Below are positions 17,591 through 34,139 of a DNA stretch of 64,000 bases, piece after piece. The stretch comes from the human T2T-CHM13v2.0 reference genome, Homo sapiens. The translations under genes and the position numbers were made by a program. The stretch lies in the NCBI RefSeq assembly GCF_009914755.1, contig NC_060925.1; one strand, given 5' to 3'. The notes beneath the pieces are model-generated. The model was not told where the DNA came from, did no database searches, and worked only from the letters and a program-made list of their open reading frames with translations. Numbering within the stretch: the first letter of the stretch is position 1; every line of letters begins with the position of its first letter.

Positions 17591-17888
17591 GGCAGGGCAT
17601 GGTGGCTCACGCCCATAATCCCAGCACTTTGGGAGGCTGAGGCAGGTAGATCACTTGAGACCAGGAGTTCAAGACCAACCTGGCCAACATGGTGTAACCC
17701 CATCTCTACTAAAAATACAAAAATTAGCCGGGCATGGTGGCACACCATTGTAATTCCAGCTACTCGGGAGGCTGAGGCTCACTAGAATTGCTTGAACCCA
17801 GGAGGCAGAGGCCGCAGTGAGCCGAGATCATGCCACTGTACTCCAGCCTGGGCTTCCAAGTGAGACTCTGTCTCAAAAAAAAAAAAAA
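17591..17888 (+). mobile_element. AluS
   Basis: Full dimer; TSD ATGAACTT. Confidence 0.92.
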
Positions 17889-18627
17889 TGAACTTCTTTC
17901 AGAGTAATATAATTTTGTGAACCCCCTCAGGAATTTAAAAAATAATGTCATTACTTTTATAGACTATTATAAAGCAAATTTATGTAAAATATTTTCTTTT
18001 ACATCAACATTATTAAATTATTATACAGCTTATTTTAATATACACTTTAAAATTTAATAGCGTCCATTTTATATAAAGATGTTTTCTCATTTAATAGGTG
18101 ATATACACTAATTTATTTAAATGAATTATGTAAGCGTGTGATTTGTTTAAAATTTATAATAAAATATAGTGCTTAGTTTGAGACCAAATATACATTAAAA
18201 ATATAGTTGGAAATTTAATTACTTGCTAACACATTTTTTAAAAATAAGAGAAACCTGCATTCTTGACCTAATGTTTGGAATTGCATTTCACACTCTAGAA
18301 TGACTGCTTCTTACATGTAATTTTTAAGTTTTGTTTCTACATGGTAGCGGTTACCACAGAGAGTTTCAACTGCATATCTACAAGGGAGTAACACCTTGTA
18401 GCTATGGAATGCCTTTCCTCTAACAGTTACAAAGCCAATTTGGATATGGTTATCTCTATATCTTATGTCTTTAATATTGGATTTTGAAATACTAAAGATT
18501 TAATCAGGTAAATGTAACCTAGTGATCTGGTGAAAATCATCTAGATGTGAATTGGATGGCTTGGTACTGTTTTTTATGCTTCTAGTTGACAATTGGGTTT
18601 TATCAATGTCTTAGACTTCTTGTTGTT

Positions 18628-18960
<333 letters not shown>

Positions 18961-19875
18961 TAATCCACAGTCCACTATGACTGTACATTTTATGATATAT
19001 GACAAAGAATAAGAGCAGTGAAAAACTGTAGAATGCTCATACCATCTTGGCCTAAGTGGTGTTTGCAAAACCACCATGGCCTAGATAATGATGTTTATTA
19101 GCTCATCACCCCTAATCGTTGTGCATACTCACTTGATATATCTGAGGTTCTAAACTGCCCAATTATAAAGGGATAATTGGGAAAACAATAAGGTTGTTGA
19201 TTTTTTAAAAAAGGAAACGAAGGAGTTGCCATGATTGCGGTTAGCAGTGTGAAGACCCTGGAAGACCTGCTTGAACTTCTGGGGTGTTCACAGTCTATTG
19301 CTTGGTCAGGAGCCTTAGAAAACTTAGACATATGTGTTAGGAGACCAGGTTTTGAAACTTGCTCAGGGTTGCATAAACTTCTACATTAAGTTCCATGATG
19401 CCAGATTAGTAGTCCACATTTGCATAGTAGACATGCTGTTGCTGTTCCTTTTCTTATCACGAAAAGAGCAGAAGATGCAGATTATACCTGAGACAGAAAG
19501 ATACAGGGGAGATACTGAGCTTGTCGCCTACCTTTGGGCGCCACTCATGCCTTGTATTTCACATTGAGCCTCAGTTATCAGTGACACAGGGAATGGTCCT
19601 TTTGCTCTCCACCTTCCCCATGGCTGCCTGGAGGCAGGGGAGGCAGATTGTGCCACTTGCTGACATTGTGTTGCTGTGGATTAGTTGGAGGGACAGGGAC
19701 AGGAAACTTTCCTGGTGGTGCGTGTGTCACTGGGGCTCACACGGGTACTTTTAAATCTTCTTCTCACTGGCCTCTGTGATTCTGTGAACCTGGTTATTAC
19801 ATGTTCAAAAAGTGTCAGCTTATTTGAAAGGGATATTCTTATTTTGTATTTAAACATTACGAAAGATCATCACAC

Positions 19876-20164
19876 TTTTTTTTGGAGACAGAGTGTTGCT
19901 CTGTCACCCAGGCTGGAGTGCAGCGGTGTGATCTCGGCTCAGTGCAATCTTTGCCTTGTGGGCTCAAGCGGTTCTCATGGCTTGGCTTCCTGAGTAGCTG
20001 GGCTTACAGGTGCACCACCATGCCTGGCTACTTTTTGTATTGTTAGTAGAGATGGGGTTCTGCCATGTTGGCCAGGCTGGTCTTGAACTCCTGGCCTCAA
20101 GTGATCTGCCTGCCTCAGCCTCCCAAAGTACTGGGATTACAGGTGTGAGCCACCACACCTGGCC
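19876..20164 (-). mobile_element. AluS/J
   Basis: Full antisense dimer; TSD CATCACACTTTT. Confidence 0.92.
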
Positions 20165-20664
20165 CATCACACTTTTTGAGTTTCAGGATGCCAACAGATC
20201 CTGGATTCTGGCATCTGGATTATGGTAGCAATATTGAAAAAAATATTATAGTGGGGAGTAAAATTTAGGAAAACCTTGCAAATTTTTATTCTTACTCAGG
20301 AGCTTTGTCTTCATACTCCATGGTCAGCCCTGGGCAATTAAAACTTTTGTTCCAGTAAAGGTTTCATTCTAAAGAGGTTTCATTAATTATGAAAAATTCC
20401 CCGTGGGCATTACATTGTGAATCCTTTTGTAGCTATCATAAATAATGAAGGAAAAACACTTGTCAAAATATAGCAGAGGTGACTAGATAATGCATCTCTC
20501 CTTTGATTTTTGATGGGTTTCCTTTTTTAATTTCTAAAGGAATAACTCTTGCTTATTTTTTTTAAAAAGTAAATACTCGTTATAAAAAATTCAAGCAAAA
20601 CTGAAAAGTAAAAAGAAGCCAGCAATAAATTGTTCCAAATCCCATCACCCAAAAAACAGCTCTT

Positions 20665-22230
20665 GATTCATTCATTCAATGTGCCTTTATTGAGTGCTTA
20701 CTCTATGTGAGGCACTGTGGCATCGGGGATCAGCAGGGAACAAAGTGAAGTCCCTACCATCATGGAACTTACACTCTAGTGGGAGGAGAAAATGATAAAC
20801 ACCTAAATAGATTTACAAGTGGCATGAAGAAAAATTAAAATGAGGTAAGAGCATAATAGAGAGTGTCGGGGCACTTTCAGATGGAGTGGTCACAAAGGCT
20901 GCTGTGAGCAGAGAGCTCAATGAAGTGAGAGAGCTAACCACATGACTGTGGGGAAGTATGCTTCCAGCGAAGGGAAGCATATGCAAAGGCCCTGAGGTGG
21001 GTGTTTGCTTGCCATGTTCTATGACCAGAGAGGCCAGTGTAGCTGGGGGCCAGTGAGTAAGGGTGAACTGGGCCATGTAAGGTTTTGGAAAGCCGTTAGC
21101 TTTTCTCCACTGGGAAGCCATTGAAAGATGATGAGCAGGGCTGCAGTGTGGAGAGTAGACTACAGGGAAGCAAGGGAGGAGGCAGCAAGACCAGTTAGGA
21201 GCTACCACAGCAATTCAGAACAAAATGAGGCTGAGTTGCACTGTTCAAAAGGTGGAAGGGATAGGAAGGGTTGAATTCTAGACTCATTTTTAAGGTGGAG
21301 CTGATAGGATTTGCTCATGAATTGGATTGGGAATTTGTAAGAGAAGAGTCAATAATAACTCTGAAGATTTGTGGCCTGGCAGGTGAATGGTGGTACCGTT
21401 ACTGGGGTAGGGAACATGCTGGGGTGGGGTCAGGATGGGGTGTCAAGAGTTCAGGTTCGGGCATGTTAAGTTCTAGGTACCTGTTAGATGGCTATGAGGA
21501 AATGGTAAGTCAGTTGGAGGCTGGAGTTGACTGAGAGATCTAGACTGTAGATACAGATTTGGGAATCACCAGACATAGAATGGAATGGGATCTGATAGGA
21601 AGCAAGGAGAGATAGAAAACAGATCCTATGACTGAATCATGCATGGGGCATTTCAGCATTTAGATGTTGGAAAAGGAGAGGGCCCAACAAAGGAGACAGA
21701 ATGTGTGTCTGTAGCATATCAAGAGAGTGTGGTGTTCTCAGGCCAGTGATGGTGGTGGTGGAGTCTCAAGAGTTGGCAATATTTAGCCATGTGCAGGTCA
21801 TTACCACCCACCACAAGAGTGGTAGAAGCAAGAGCCTGGTTACAGTGGCCTTAAGAGAAAAAGGGAAGAAAGAAGGTGGAGGCAGGGAGTACGGACACCA
21901 TTTTGAGTCTTAATGTAAAGAGAAGCCACGATGAAAAGGTAGGTGGGTTGGGAGAAGGGAAGAGATCAAGGAAAATATGCGTTTGTTTGTTTAATAAGAT
22001 GGGAGAAAATACAGTGTGTTTGACTGCTGCTGGTAATGGGCCAGTAGAAATGGAAAATGATGATACGGAAAATAAGAGTGTATAATTTTAGGAGGAAAGG
22101 GCTTGAGTAAGCAAGAAGGGGTGGGTTCTGGTTTGCAGGTAGAAAGATAAACCTAGGTTAGAGGCTGAGACAGGGCAGGCAGGTAGGAGGGGAAGGCTCT
22201 GGATTTGGTAATGGTGCATATGGACTTTCT
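20665..22230 (-). mobile_element. Long L2 fragment
   Basis: attcattcattcaa...tttattgagtgcttactctatgtg L2 3' end followed by purine-rich L2 body. Confidence 0.75.
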
Positions 22231-23254
22231 CTTCCAGTGTTAACATTTGGTACACATAAACAGAAGGGTGGCTGGTGAGGGTGAAATAATTTTATAAGAA
22301 TGGCATTGTACCATATGTACTATAAAAATAAAAATAACTGCATTTCTTTTTACTTGAATTTAACAGAAGAAAAGAAAACTGAAATGAAAGTGAAAGAGCT
22401 GCTGTACTTTTTTCTCTACCAAAGATAATAGTTCCTAAAAGTTTTCTCTAAGGTTAAAAAAAGATTATGAAAACTGTTAGGAGGCTAAAGTCACTATTAA
22501 TATTTTTAAAGACATTTTTAGTTATATCTTCACTTTAGATGATTGTCTGGAAGAATTAGGTAATTCGTGTTTTTAAACTTCCTTGCACTACTCTTCCTAT
22601 CTCTCAATTTTTATAGCTTATCTTTTTTTTTGTTGTTTCTTTTTTTGCCTTGGCAATTTTCTAACATTTACATTCCAACTTGCATGCTCCCATTTTTTGG
22701 TCTTGGTGCCATATGTAGCCACTTGTTCTTTGATCGTGGCTTTCCTGTTCCTGTGGTTTTTGTTTTGATTGATCTACTGGGTGCAAGATTTCTGTTTCTC
22801 AAGACGAGTTCGTGGGTGCTACATAGGCTGAGATCTTTCAAGTTGCAGAGGAAGAGAGATGTCTGAACCTTTTTTACACTTGAGTGATGACTCAGCTTCT
22901 CCTAATATTCTTGGATCACAGTTGCTCTCTATCAGAATTTTTTAAGACATGGCTACATTATCTTCAGGCCTTGAATATTGCTATGGAGAAGTCTGAGACC
23001 AATCTGGGTTTCTGCTGTATTTTGTTAGCAATCCATTGATTCTTAAATAACTCTTTCTTTATCCTTGAAGGGCAAAAATTTAAACATTATAAGTCTTTGT
23101 TGATTTTTCTGTGTTCATTTCATGATATATTATGGGCCTTTTCTATTCACAGATTTAGTTCTCTGGATATTTTTTTCTGTTTTATTTATTGTCTTCCTCT
23201 GCATTTATTGTGAGTCTCTTAAGCCTTTTTTTTACACACCATTAATTAGATATT

Positions 23255-23776
<522 letters not shown>

Positions 23777-24542
23777 GGACTGTTTTTTTTTTTTGGTGTT
23801 TTGTTTTGTTTTTTTAAACTTAACCACTAATAAGTTTCATCTAGTCTGTTTATAATCTTTTTACTAAATATATAACAACATTGCCTTGTGGTGTTTAGAT
23901 CAGCAACTTCTTTGCTCCAAAGGTACAGTGAATGATGACGGTTGCTGGGCCTCAAAATAAGGAAGACGAAACTAAGAGAACAGGCCACAGGACTCTCCCT
24001 GATGTTGAATGGCAGCACCTTAGATTGGGCAACAGTGACATGAGTTGCATACATAGGAAGTGCCCACTGGTTCCTGGGTGTTCTCTGAATTTCTAGTGCT
24101 CACGTGAACTGTGGAGGGCAAAGGAGGAGGATACGGAATGTACAGTTTCTTTTACAGCAAGAAGTGAAACTTAGGCCCTTTCTGATTTAATAATAACCCA
24201 TGAAGAAGGAGCTGAGTGGTTTGAAGACTGTTCTAGTTCTGCCTTTGGTGGCCATGTGGTTTATTCCACAGCTTTTCAAACTGCAGGTTGAGACCTTTTA
24301 CTAAATCATGAAAGCAAATTAGTGAGCCACAACCAGCATTTAAAAAGTTATAGAAAATATCAGAGTTCATGACTAAGGATAAATGTTGTTTCATGACACT
24401 TTTCAGTTGTGTGCGTATGTGTGTGTGCATGTGTGTTGGATTGCCAAAGTTTGAAGCCACTAGTTTTGTTCAATTCCTATCACTTTCTGTACCTTCTTTA
24501 TCGAAAAGTTAAAGGATCAAAGAACCTATGGGATAGATTTTA

Positions 24543-25900
<1,358 letters not shown>

Positions 25901-26159
25901 GTGATTACTAGTAAATATATAAGATGTGTCTGCCTATAACTTTTGTGGGGACAGTTTACCTTTCCATAAAAAAAAAACTGTGGTCAACTAAATCAGTTCT
26001 TATAACCAACCAGTCACTTCACATGTATATTGAGTTGTTGAAAAATAAATGGTTATCTATTCTGAAGGATCTGCTGGGCAGATTCTTTCATTGGAATAAG
26101 TTTTGTCAAGGACGGGACTGTCTACCCAACATCCAGAACAGTACCTGTCACAAGGTAGG

Positions 26160-26720
26160 TGTCTTAGTCTAGAGTCCTTGAAAATATAAATTAGAGGGAG
26201 AGGCAAAAGCGTACACTTCATTTGCAAGAGTCATCCCAGGGAAGCAGGAATGGGGAGAAAGGGAAGGAGGGAGAACATAACAAGAGATTGCTTATAAGTT
26301 GACTATAGCTTCATGAGAGGATGATTGCTTGGTCTTGTGGGACATCTTCACATAACTATGTGAAGCTACTGCATCTCTGAACAGTCCACTGGGGCAAGGA
26401 GGGAAAATATTTCATTCGTCAATTTCTATCTCCTGTAGGTCAAAGTTTGATTCTTGGAGCCTCCACTTCTCTGTACTTGTTGTTGACATGACTGCTGATT
26501 GAATAGGTCACTCCAAGTCTCATGCTTCAGTAGCAGGAGAGAAAGCCTGGGTGGGATTGAGAGTCACACAGCAAGGGTAGAAGGCAATGCACTGTCAGGC
26601 TGGTGCATCAACAACATATGAAGGCCCAGGAACAGCCATTGCAACAGGAACTGGGCAGACTGTTTCAGCCAGCAGCAAGGTAGTTGTGTTCATCTGGGGT
26701 GATGCATAAACTGAATCTGG
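26160..26720. mobile_element. MaLR MLT1-like LTR
   Basis: tgtcttagtct... start and catcccagggaagcagg motif. Confidence 0.45.
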
Positions 26721-29403
26721 CAGAGCAGGCCCTCAATAATGATAGACTTCTCATTGCCAAGGTTAATGAGCTCTTTGCCTTGCTGTCTTATTTAAATACT
26801 CCATAGTTATTGACACTTTTGTACATCTCTCTTCATTCTTAATCTACTTTCCTATCTCTCCTTGCTTTGCTTTCCACCTAAATGGGGATATCCTAAGCCT
26901 ACATCTTTTTAATTCTACATGCTGTCTGTGGACAGCTGCATTCACTTTGCTAGTTAACTTCCTAACTGCCATCTATAATATTTGCTGATGGCTCCCAAGT
27001 GTCTATTTCTAGACTTGACCTCTCCTGAGAACAGAAGGAGAATACAACTGCCTTTTCCAGTAGGATGCTTCGTAGGCATTTCACGGGCCAACTGAACTTC
27101 TTGGTCTTCTTTAATCATTTTTGTTTGTCCTTCTCACTGGTAACGAATAGGTGCTTGGTCCCTGCTTGTTGAACTAAACTTGAAACAATGTGCCAGTACT
27201 TATGCTAAGCTGGGTCCTGCACAAAATGAAGTAAACTCTCCAGAGCCAGCTCTACAGGAACGTAGGGTCTGGATTTTAATATTGATCTGGTTTGTTTTCA
27301 ACTCGATTGTGTTGGAGCCTTGAGCACATACAGTGTGCCTCTGTCCTCTAAGAGAGTGGACATGTTTGAACTGACATTTGGTCTTTTCAGGAATTGTTTG
27401 GTAGGAAATTTCTTGGATTTTTACTCTCCTTGAGCTTTGACTCTTCTTGGGCTGTCCTGCTTTTCAAGACTCTCATTTTGCTTTGTCCAGAGTTTACAGA
27501 GCCCTTTAGAACTGTGTTTGTATCTGTTCTGCTCATCAGGCATGCAGGACCCTCTCTGCTGGCCCTGGCCTGCTTATTTACCCCTTCTCTTCATACTCTT
27601 CTGTGTGAACCTTCAAGTCACAAGGCTTCTCACAGCCTCCTGAGCTTCATCTGCCCATTTTAGCCTCTTTGACTTTGCTTTGCTAACTACAACCCTTCAT
27701 CTGTCATCCCCCTCGCTTCTGTTTAAATCCCCCCCTACCCAAGGTCTCAAGAGGTCCATGCTAGATTTTACTGATTTCTTCCTCTCTTAATGTAGTCTGG
27801 GACCATTATTTTGGCACTTAGGATGCCAGTCTTATACTCTTAAATATTTTTGCATTTAGTCCTCCTTTTCTCCAATTCAATTGTAAGCTCCTTGAGAGTA
27901 AGAGACTGTCTTACATTTTCTTGTGTAAATATCTTACATTTTCATGTGTGTTCCAATGATTCATCACCCAGATCTTCCCACAGAGTTGGTGTTAGATAAA
28001 TATTTGCTGGGTTTGTTGGTTGATTATCGTGGTCCTTGGGAACTGACTTGCAGCTTGTCACTAGCAATGAATCAGGAGCATCAGACTAGGTGACATTTCC
28101 CAGAGGAGCTGCTGGTCTTCACATCCTGCATCTTTAGTTTGTGGTACAAGTTAATTCTAAATTTTGGACCTTGAGAATTCTGTTTCTTAAACATCTCAGG
28201 CAAGACCTAGGAGCTAAAATTACTACTTTGGCATTTGATGTGGCAGCTTTTTCATTTGGGATCCTTTTGTCTTTAACTTGCTTTTGAGTCACTTGAAAGA
28301 ACTAAGGCAGCCTGCCAGAGTAGTCACGATGATATTGAAATATCCCTCTCATTGGCTTTATGAGATTGCCTTCTGTGCATTCACTTGGGGCTGGAAAGTT
28401 AATGGATGACTGAACGTCTTTTGGAAACTTGTAGGGCCATTTTTCTTCTTCTCTTTCCCACTAGCTGGTTTCTCTTTGTTACCAAAGGTGCATGCATTGT
28501 TTTTAGGTAGTGTGGAGTTAATGTAAGGGGAGGAGTGTTTCTTTCTTTCATAGCTTTGGAATAATCTACCGCACAGGGCAGACAGTTTTGAAGATGGCCA
28601 TGTTTAAAGTCCATCAGAGAAAACTACAGTCAAAAGGAAAGCCAGGGAGGCCAGAGTTCCAGTCACAACTGCCCCCACTACCCCCTTCCTCCCACCAAGA
28701 TTACTGTCTTACCTTTGAACCCAAGGATGTCTCTTATGGCTCCAGTTTGCTGACTACTGTGAAGGGAAGGATGGTTTGGAATCATACTATAGAGTCATGG
28801 GCTCTAAAGTACGTGTTATTGCTAATGATTGGTGTTGTTATGTGCAGGGATTTTCCACTCATGGAATTCTCCTACTCATTTTGACCTCTCTACCATTCAG
28901 CTTGTATTGCTCATTAATGTTCACTCCATTTCTTCATTTAGACAGCATAGGACTCCATCCAGCAGACTTCCTTCACTGTGATCTTGCTTCAACTCCATTT
29001 ATTACATTCATCATGACACAAACATTTACCAGCTCCATTTCTGGCTGCTTGAGATCCAAACTACTCTATTGGCCTTTGGAGCTATTCCTCCTCTTGCACC
29101 TTTATCTTTGACCAAGCCTCAGTGCCACCTTTTGTTCCAGTAAGGACATCTTCCTCCCTACCCCACAGAGAGGCCACGCTCAAACATTCCTATCTCTTGG
29201 TGTACGTTTTCTCTTACTCTGGAATATCCTCTCCTCACCCTTCATTTACTGAAATCCTACTCTTCCTCAGAATACTACTTCAGATTTCTGTTTCCTTCCC
29301 TTTCTCTCTCTCTTTCTCCTCTCCTGCCTTCCCTCCACAAACTTGGAGGCCTACTATAATGCTAGGTGTTGTTCTGGGTCCCACAAGTACATTAGTCAAC
29401 TGA

Positions 29404-29722
<319 letters not shown>

Positions 29723-30063
29723 AAATTTCTTCTTTTCAAGAAGTTTAGACTACCTCCAGAAGCCTGACTATAGTAATGGGATTCCCCACTGATCTTCCTG
29801 AGCTTTCAACACTTTCATTGTAGTATTTATTCTTAATTTCATGTCCTTATAGTATACAATAACATAATTTCTGTACTATATAATTATATATCTTGTGCAA
29901 TTATGTAATATGAATTGTTATGTGAAATTTTGAAATGTATATTTGGATCATGTCTTCACAATTAGATTGTAATTTCTTGAGAACAGGGACCTTCATACTT
30001 CAGAAATCCTCACTTTATCCATTACAGCCCCTTTGCAAGGGACCAAAAATCCAAGGCAAAGTG

Positions 30064-30234
30064 GTTTTTTTGTTTGTTTCTTTTTTATATATCTTTTATT
30101 TTATTTATTTTATTTTTTTGAGATGAGGTCTTGCTATGTTGACCAGGCTGGTCTCAGACTTCCGGCTTCAAGCAGTCCTCCCATCTGGGCCTCCCAAAGT
30201 GCTAGGATTACAGGTGTGAGCCACCATGCCTGGC
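30064..30234 (-). mobile_element. FLAM_C-like Alu monomer with long T-rich tail
   Basis: Single left arm; TSD AGGCAAAGTG. Confidence 0.85.
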
Positions 30235-30573
30235 CTAGGCAAAGTGTTTTAAGCGAAAATTGAATGAATTGACTTGTGTCACTGAAAGGTCCAGGGATAG
30301 GGCTGGCTTCTCATCGTGACTTCATTCAGATACTCATGTTTCCTTCTCCCCATCTCTCAGCTCTGCTTCTCTGGGCCAACTCCATTCTCAAATGGGCTTT
30401 CCACTCACGGTAGCAAGATGGTAGTGGCAGTGTCACACTCTCTTTGTCCCCAGGTCTTCCATCTCCCAGCCAAGGCCTGGATTTGAGAAAGCACACTATC
30501 TTTGGAGAGGGCAGGGGTGGGATCAGTTTTACTGAAAGCATGTGGACCGAGAGTGGGGAAAACATGGATATAA

Positions 30574-30931
<358 letters not shown>

Positions 30932-33837
30932 TGTTTTGTGCCTTACTTAATAGAGTAAAGTAATGCAGAAAAAGACTATCAGTCACACTCTTTGAGGAAG
31001 AATATTTGCTGTTTCCTAGTTTACTGAAAGTATCTTGATGGCCTTTTCTTGGAAACTGACTACCCATAGGTAAGTAATGTCAGTCACTGAGGATGTGTTA
31101 TAGCACATATAACACATTGAGGGTGGTGCTGTGTCTCTCTCTCTGCTCTGTGCGCATACTCATTTGTTTATATTATTATTTAACCTTGTTTGTTACCGTT
31201 TTTTTCTTCTTTCTTCTCCACTACCCTGCTAACTTTGAGGAAGAACTTTTTGTCTGTATTCCCAGAGCACCCGGAAGGCACTCAAATAGATGTTTGCAAT
31301 GAGAGTAAGTAAAAGTAGGAAAGGACATTGGGAACTCAGCGACTTGGATTTCAGTCTTGGATCTGCAACTAAATAGCTGTGTGATCTTGGTCAATCCCCT
31401 TTGCTGCTCTGAGCTTTGGTTCTCACATCTGTCCAGCAAGGATTTTTGAGTCCTCCCTTTACTAAGTTCATAGAAAGGCAAACTAGCAGAGTAGAGAGCA
31501 AGACTTGGCAGGGCATTCTGGTATTTTGTTTCCTGAGGAACAGTTTTGAGAGGGGCTGATTACTGTTGTGATAAGAAGTCTTGGTAAGAGATATGGAGGG
31601 TAGCGCCTGAAAGCCTCAATTGTATTCTTATGTAACATTCTCTGGAAAGGTACTAGGAATTAATATTCCTGAGATGGCTGAGGTGACATCATGTGTTTGT
31701 GAAGGGGCTAAAAGCAGGTGAGGCAGATTGGGTGGAAAAAGACTGGCAGTCAGACCAGGTTCCCAATGGGGAGCGCGGGCTGATCTGCTCCACGTGCTGG
31801 CAACAGAGCCTGTGGGAGATGCAGCTCCTGCCCCCTGGGTGCTGGCACATCAAGGAGAAAGGAAGGACATGCCTGTGTGACTCTCCTGAAAGATTACATC
31901 TGTCTCCTGGCCTGCCCTTCCTCCCCCATTTTCTCCTTAGAAATGTGGTATTCATGACTTAATCAGAGAAAATTCCTGAAGAAGAAGATGAATTTTGAAA
32001 GGAGGAAAGAAAGGGATCTCTGGATTGAAAGCAATAGGCTGAACACCCCCACTCCCTCACCCCCTGTACTCTGCTGATTGGTGAATTCCCTGGATGTTCT
32101 CTGAAGTGAGGGCAGTTTTCAGAGGACTGTGTCATCTGCATTGGCAGGTGTTGTAATTTGGAGTCTACATGATTGTCAGCGTGGCAGGGCCCTGCCTGTT
32201 TTTGTTAAATGATCAGTATCCTATTAGGGCTAGTTTTTCTTCCAGTTGCATGCTTATTGAGACCCTTCAGCATCTTTCTAAAAAGGAAATAAGCCTCTTT
32301 CTAAATACTAGGACGAGTATAGTTAGTGTCTCAGCTGTGGCCAAGCATGGGCAAGGAGGCAGCATTTCCCAGGGGAAGCTTCATGGGTGTGTCTGGTGAT
32401 GCTGGATTTGAATTCACATATAAAAACACTCCCTGGCAGGTCTTTATCTGACATCGTTTGGAAATGGTGATCTGCCAGTGGAGTTCAATGTCATGGCCAA
32501 GCCTACGGCCCAGAGGGGCAGCTTCCAAGATTTGCTTTAGGAATAGTCAATGCAGAATGTGTTTAATTCATACACACAGGGAAATGGAAACCAAGAATCC
32601 GTTCCTCCTTTTGGCTCCTGTTTGTTGGGTTATTTTCCCCTTCACTGGCAGATGGTGCTCAACAGAATATGCTATGTGGTGGGGTTAAATTTTTTAATCT
32701 GTTTTTTTCAGTGAGATACAATTCACATACTGTAAAATTCACTCTTTTAAAGTGTACAATTCAATTTTTTAAACATATTCACAAGGTTGAGCAACAATCA
32801 TCACTATCTTAATTTCAAAACAGGGAGGTTTAAATTTGTCTTGAATCTCTGCATGAAATATCAACCAGAGGTCAACTCTGATTCTCAGGAACCTTTTAAA
32901 GAAATTGGGTTCCTCTTGCAAGGGAAGCTGCAATTTTTATTCAAGTGTCATTTTTAAAAAAACATAATAAGAAAAAATGTTAGAGGACATTGGATTTTTC
33001 TTAGCCCTGTTATGTGATTTCTTTCCGCTATTGATGATTTTTAAATCTTAGATCTTCAGGTTGGGGCTTATTACCACAGCTTTGTTATAATAAAGAATAT
33101 TTAAAGCAGAAACAATAAGACTTTTTGTGTTCTCTTGTCCTTTCTCTTCTTTGTCAAGCCATGCCTCTTTAGACAGGGCTTAGACCTGTCTTTTCCTCCT
33201 TTGTCACCATCACCTAGCACAGTGCCTCCATACAGGAAAGGCTCAGTAAGATTTGCTGAATAAATGGGCTCTACTGGGCGCTCAGGGGAGGCTGTTTGGA
33301 TGTATATATCACTCCAGGTGACTCATGGCGACCTTAGTACTTTGGCTTTGTGAATAGCCAGGGAATTCTTTTGTACCCCTAAGATATAGCTGCTTCTAGA
33401 AAGTGAGAGCTTGACTTCTTTCCATGTATTTCTAGGGAAGGAACTGGCAAGGACCCCACCATCTCCATAGCTCCCAAGAATTCTCATCCAACTGTAAACC
33501 AGATGTGTAAAGCCTTCTTGAGTTGGTATCGTGAAGCATGGTGTAAGTGGTATGAGTGGTGTGAGTCTTTGAGTGTGTACACATGATGTGCACATGCATG
33601 ATCGCCTAAGCACATGAGGGAACTGTGAGGAGTTCCTCTATGTTTTTAAATTGCCTCTTTCTTCTTTCTGCCCTTTTGTTTGTTGATAGGCCAGGGTTCA
33701 GAGGGGCCTTCAGCCTGGGCACATGGCCCAGGAGTGCTGGTATTCAGTGGCCCATTGTTTCCTGCCCCTTGTGTGCATGAACGGGGACTGGGGCCAGCAT
33801 AGCTGCCTTCTTGGGGACCATTGTTTGTCTTTGTAGG

Positions 33838-33855
33838 AGCAGCAGCAGCAGCAGC
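33838..33855. repeat. (AGC)6 microsatellite
   Basis: Direct reading. Confidence 0.9.
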
Positions 33856-33986
33856 GCCTAAGGCAGCACATTTTTCCCTGGATAGAACAACTGTTCTGTC
33901 TTGGAGCTGTACGCCTAAGAGTGAGAGTAGTTAGAATTTCCCTTAATGCCTGTATGGATGCTTTGAAGATGGTAACAAGGGAGGCA

Positions 33987-34139
33987 TCTTCTTCTTTCTG
34001 CTTCCTTTCTTCTTTTGCCTTCTTCCTTCTTCATTCTCTTTCTTCTTTCTTTTTCTCCTCCTTTTCCTTCTCCTTCTCCACCTCCTGTTCTTCCTTCCTT
34101 TTCCTCCTTCTTCTTCTTCCTCTTCCTCTTCTTCTTTTT
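33987..34139. repeat. Polypyrimidine (CTT/CCT)-rich low-complexity tract
   Basis: About 150 nt that is almost purely C/T on the + strand. Confidence 0.92.

Noticed and set aside
27371-27406. Possible 10-nt microexon (ctgac...tcttttcag|GAATTGTTTG|gtagga)
   Set aside because: It is non-triplet with a weak donor and no independent support, and such matches are expected by chance in 64 kb.
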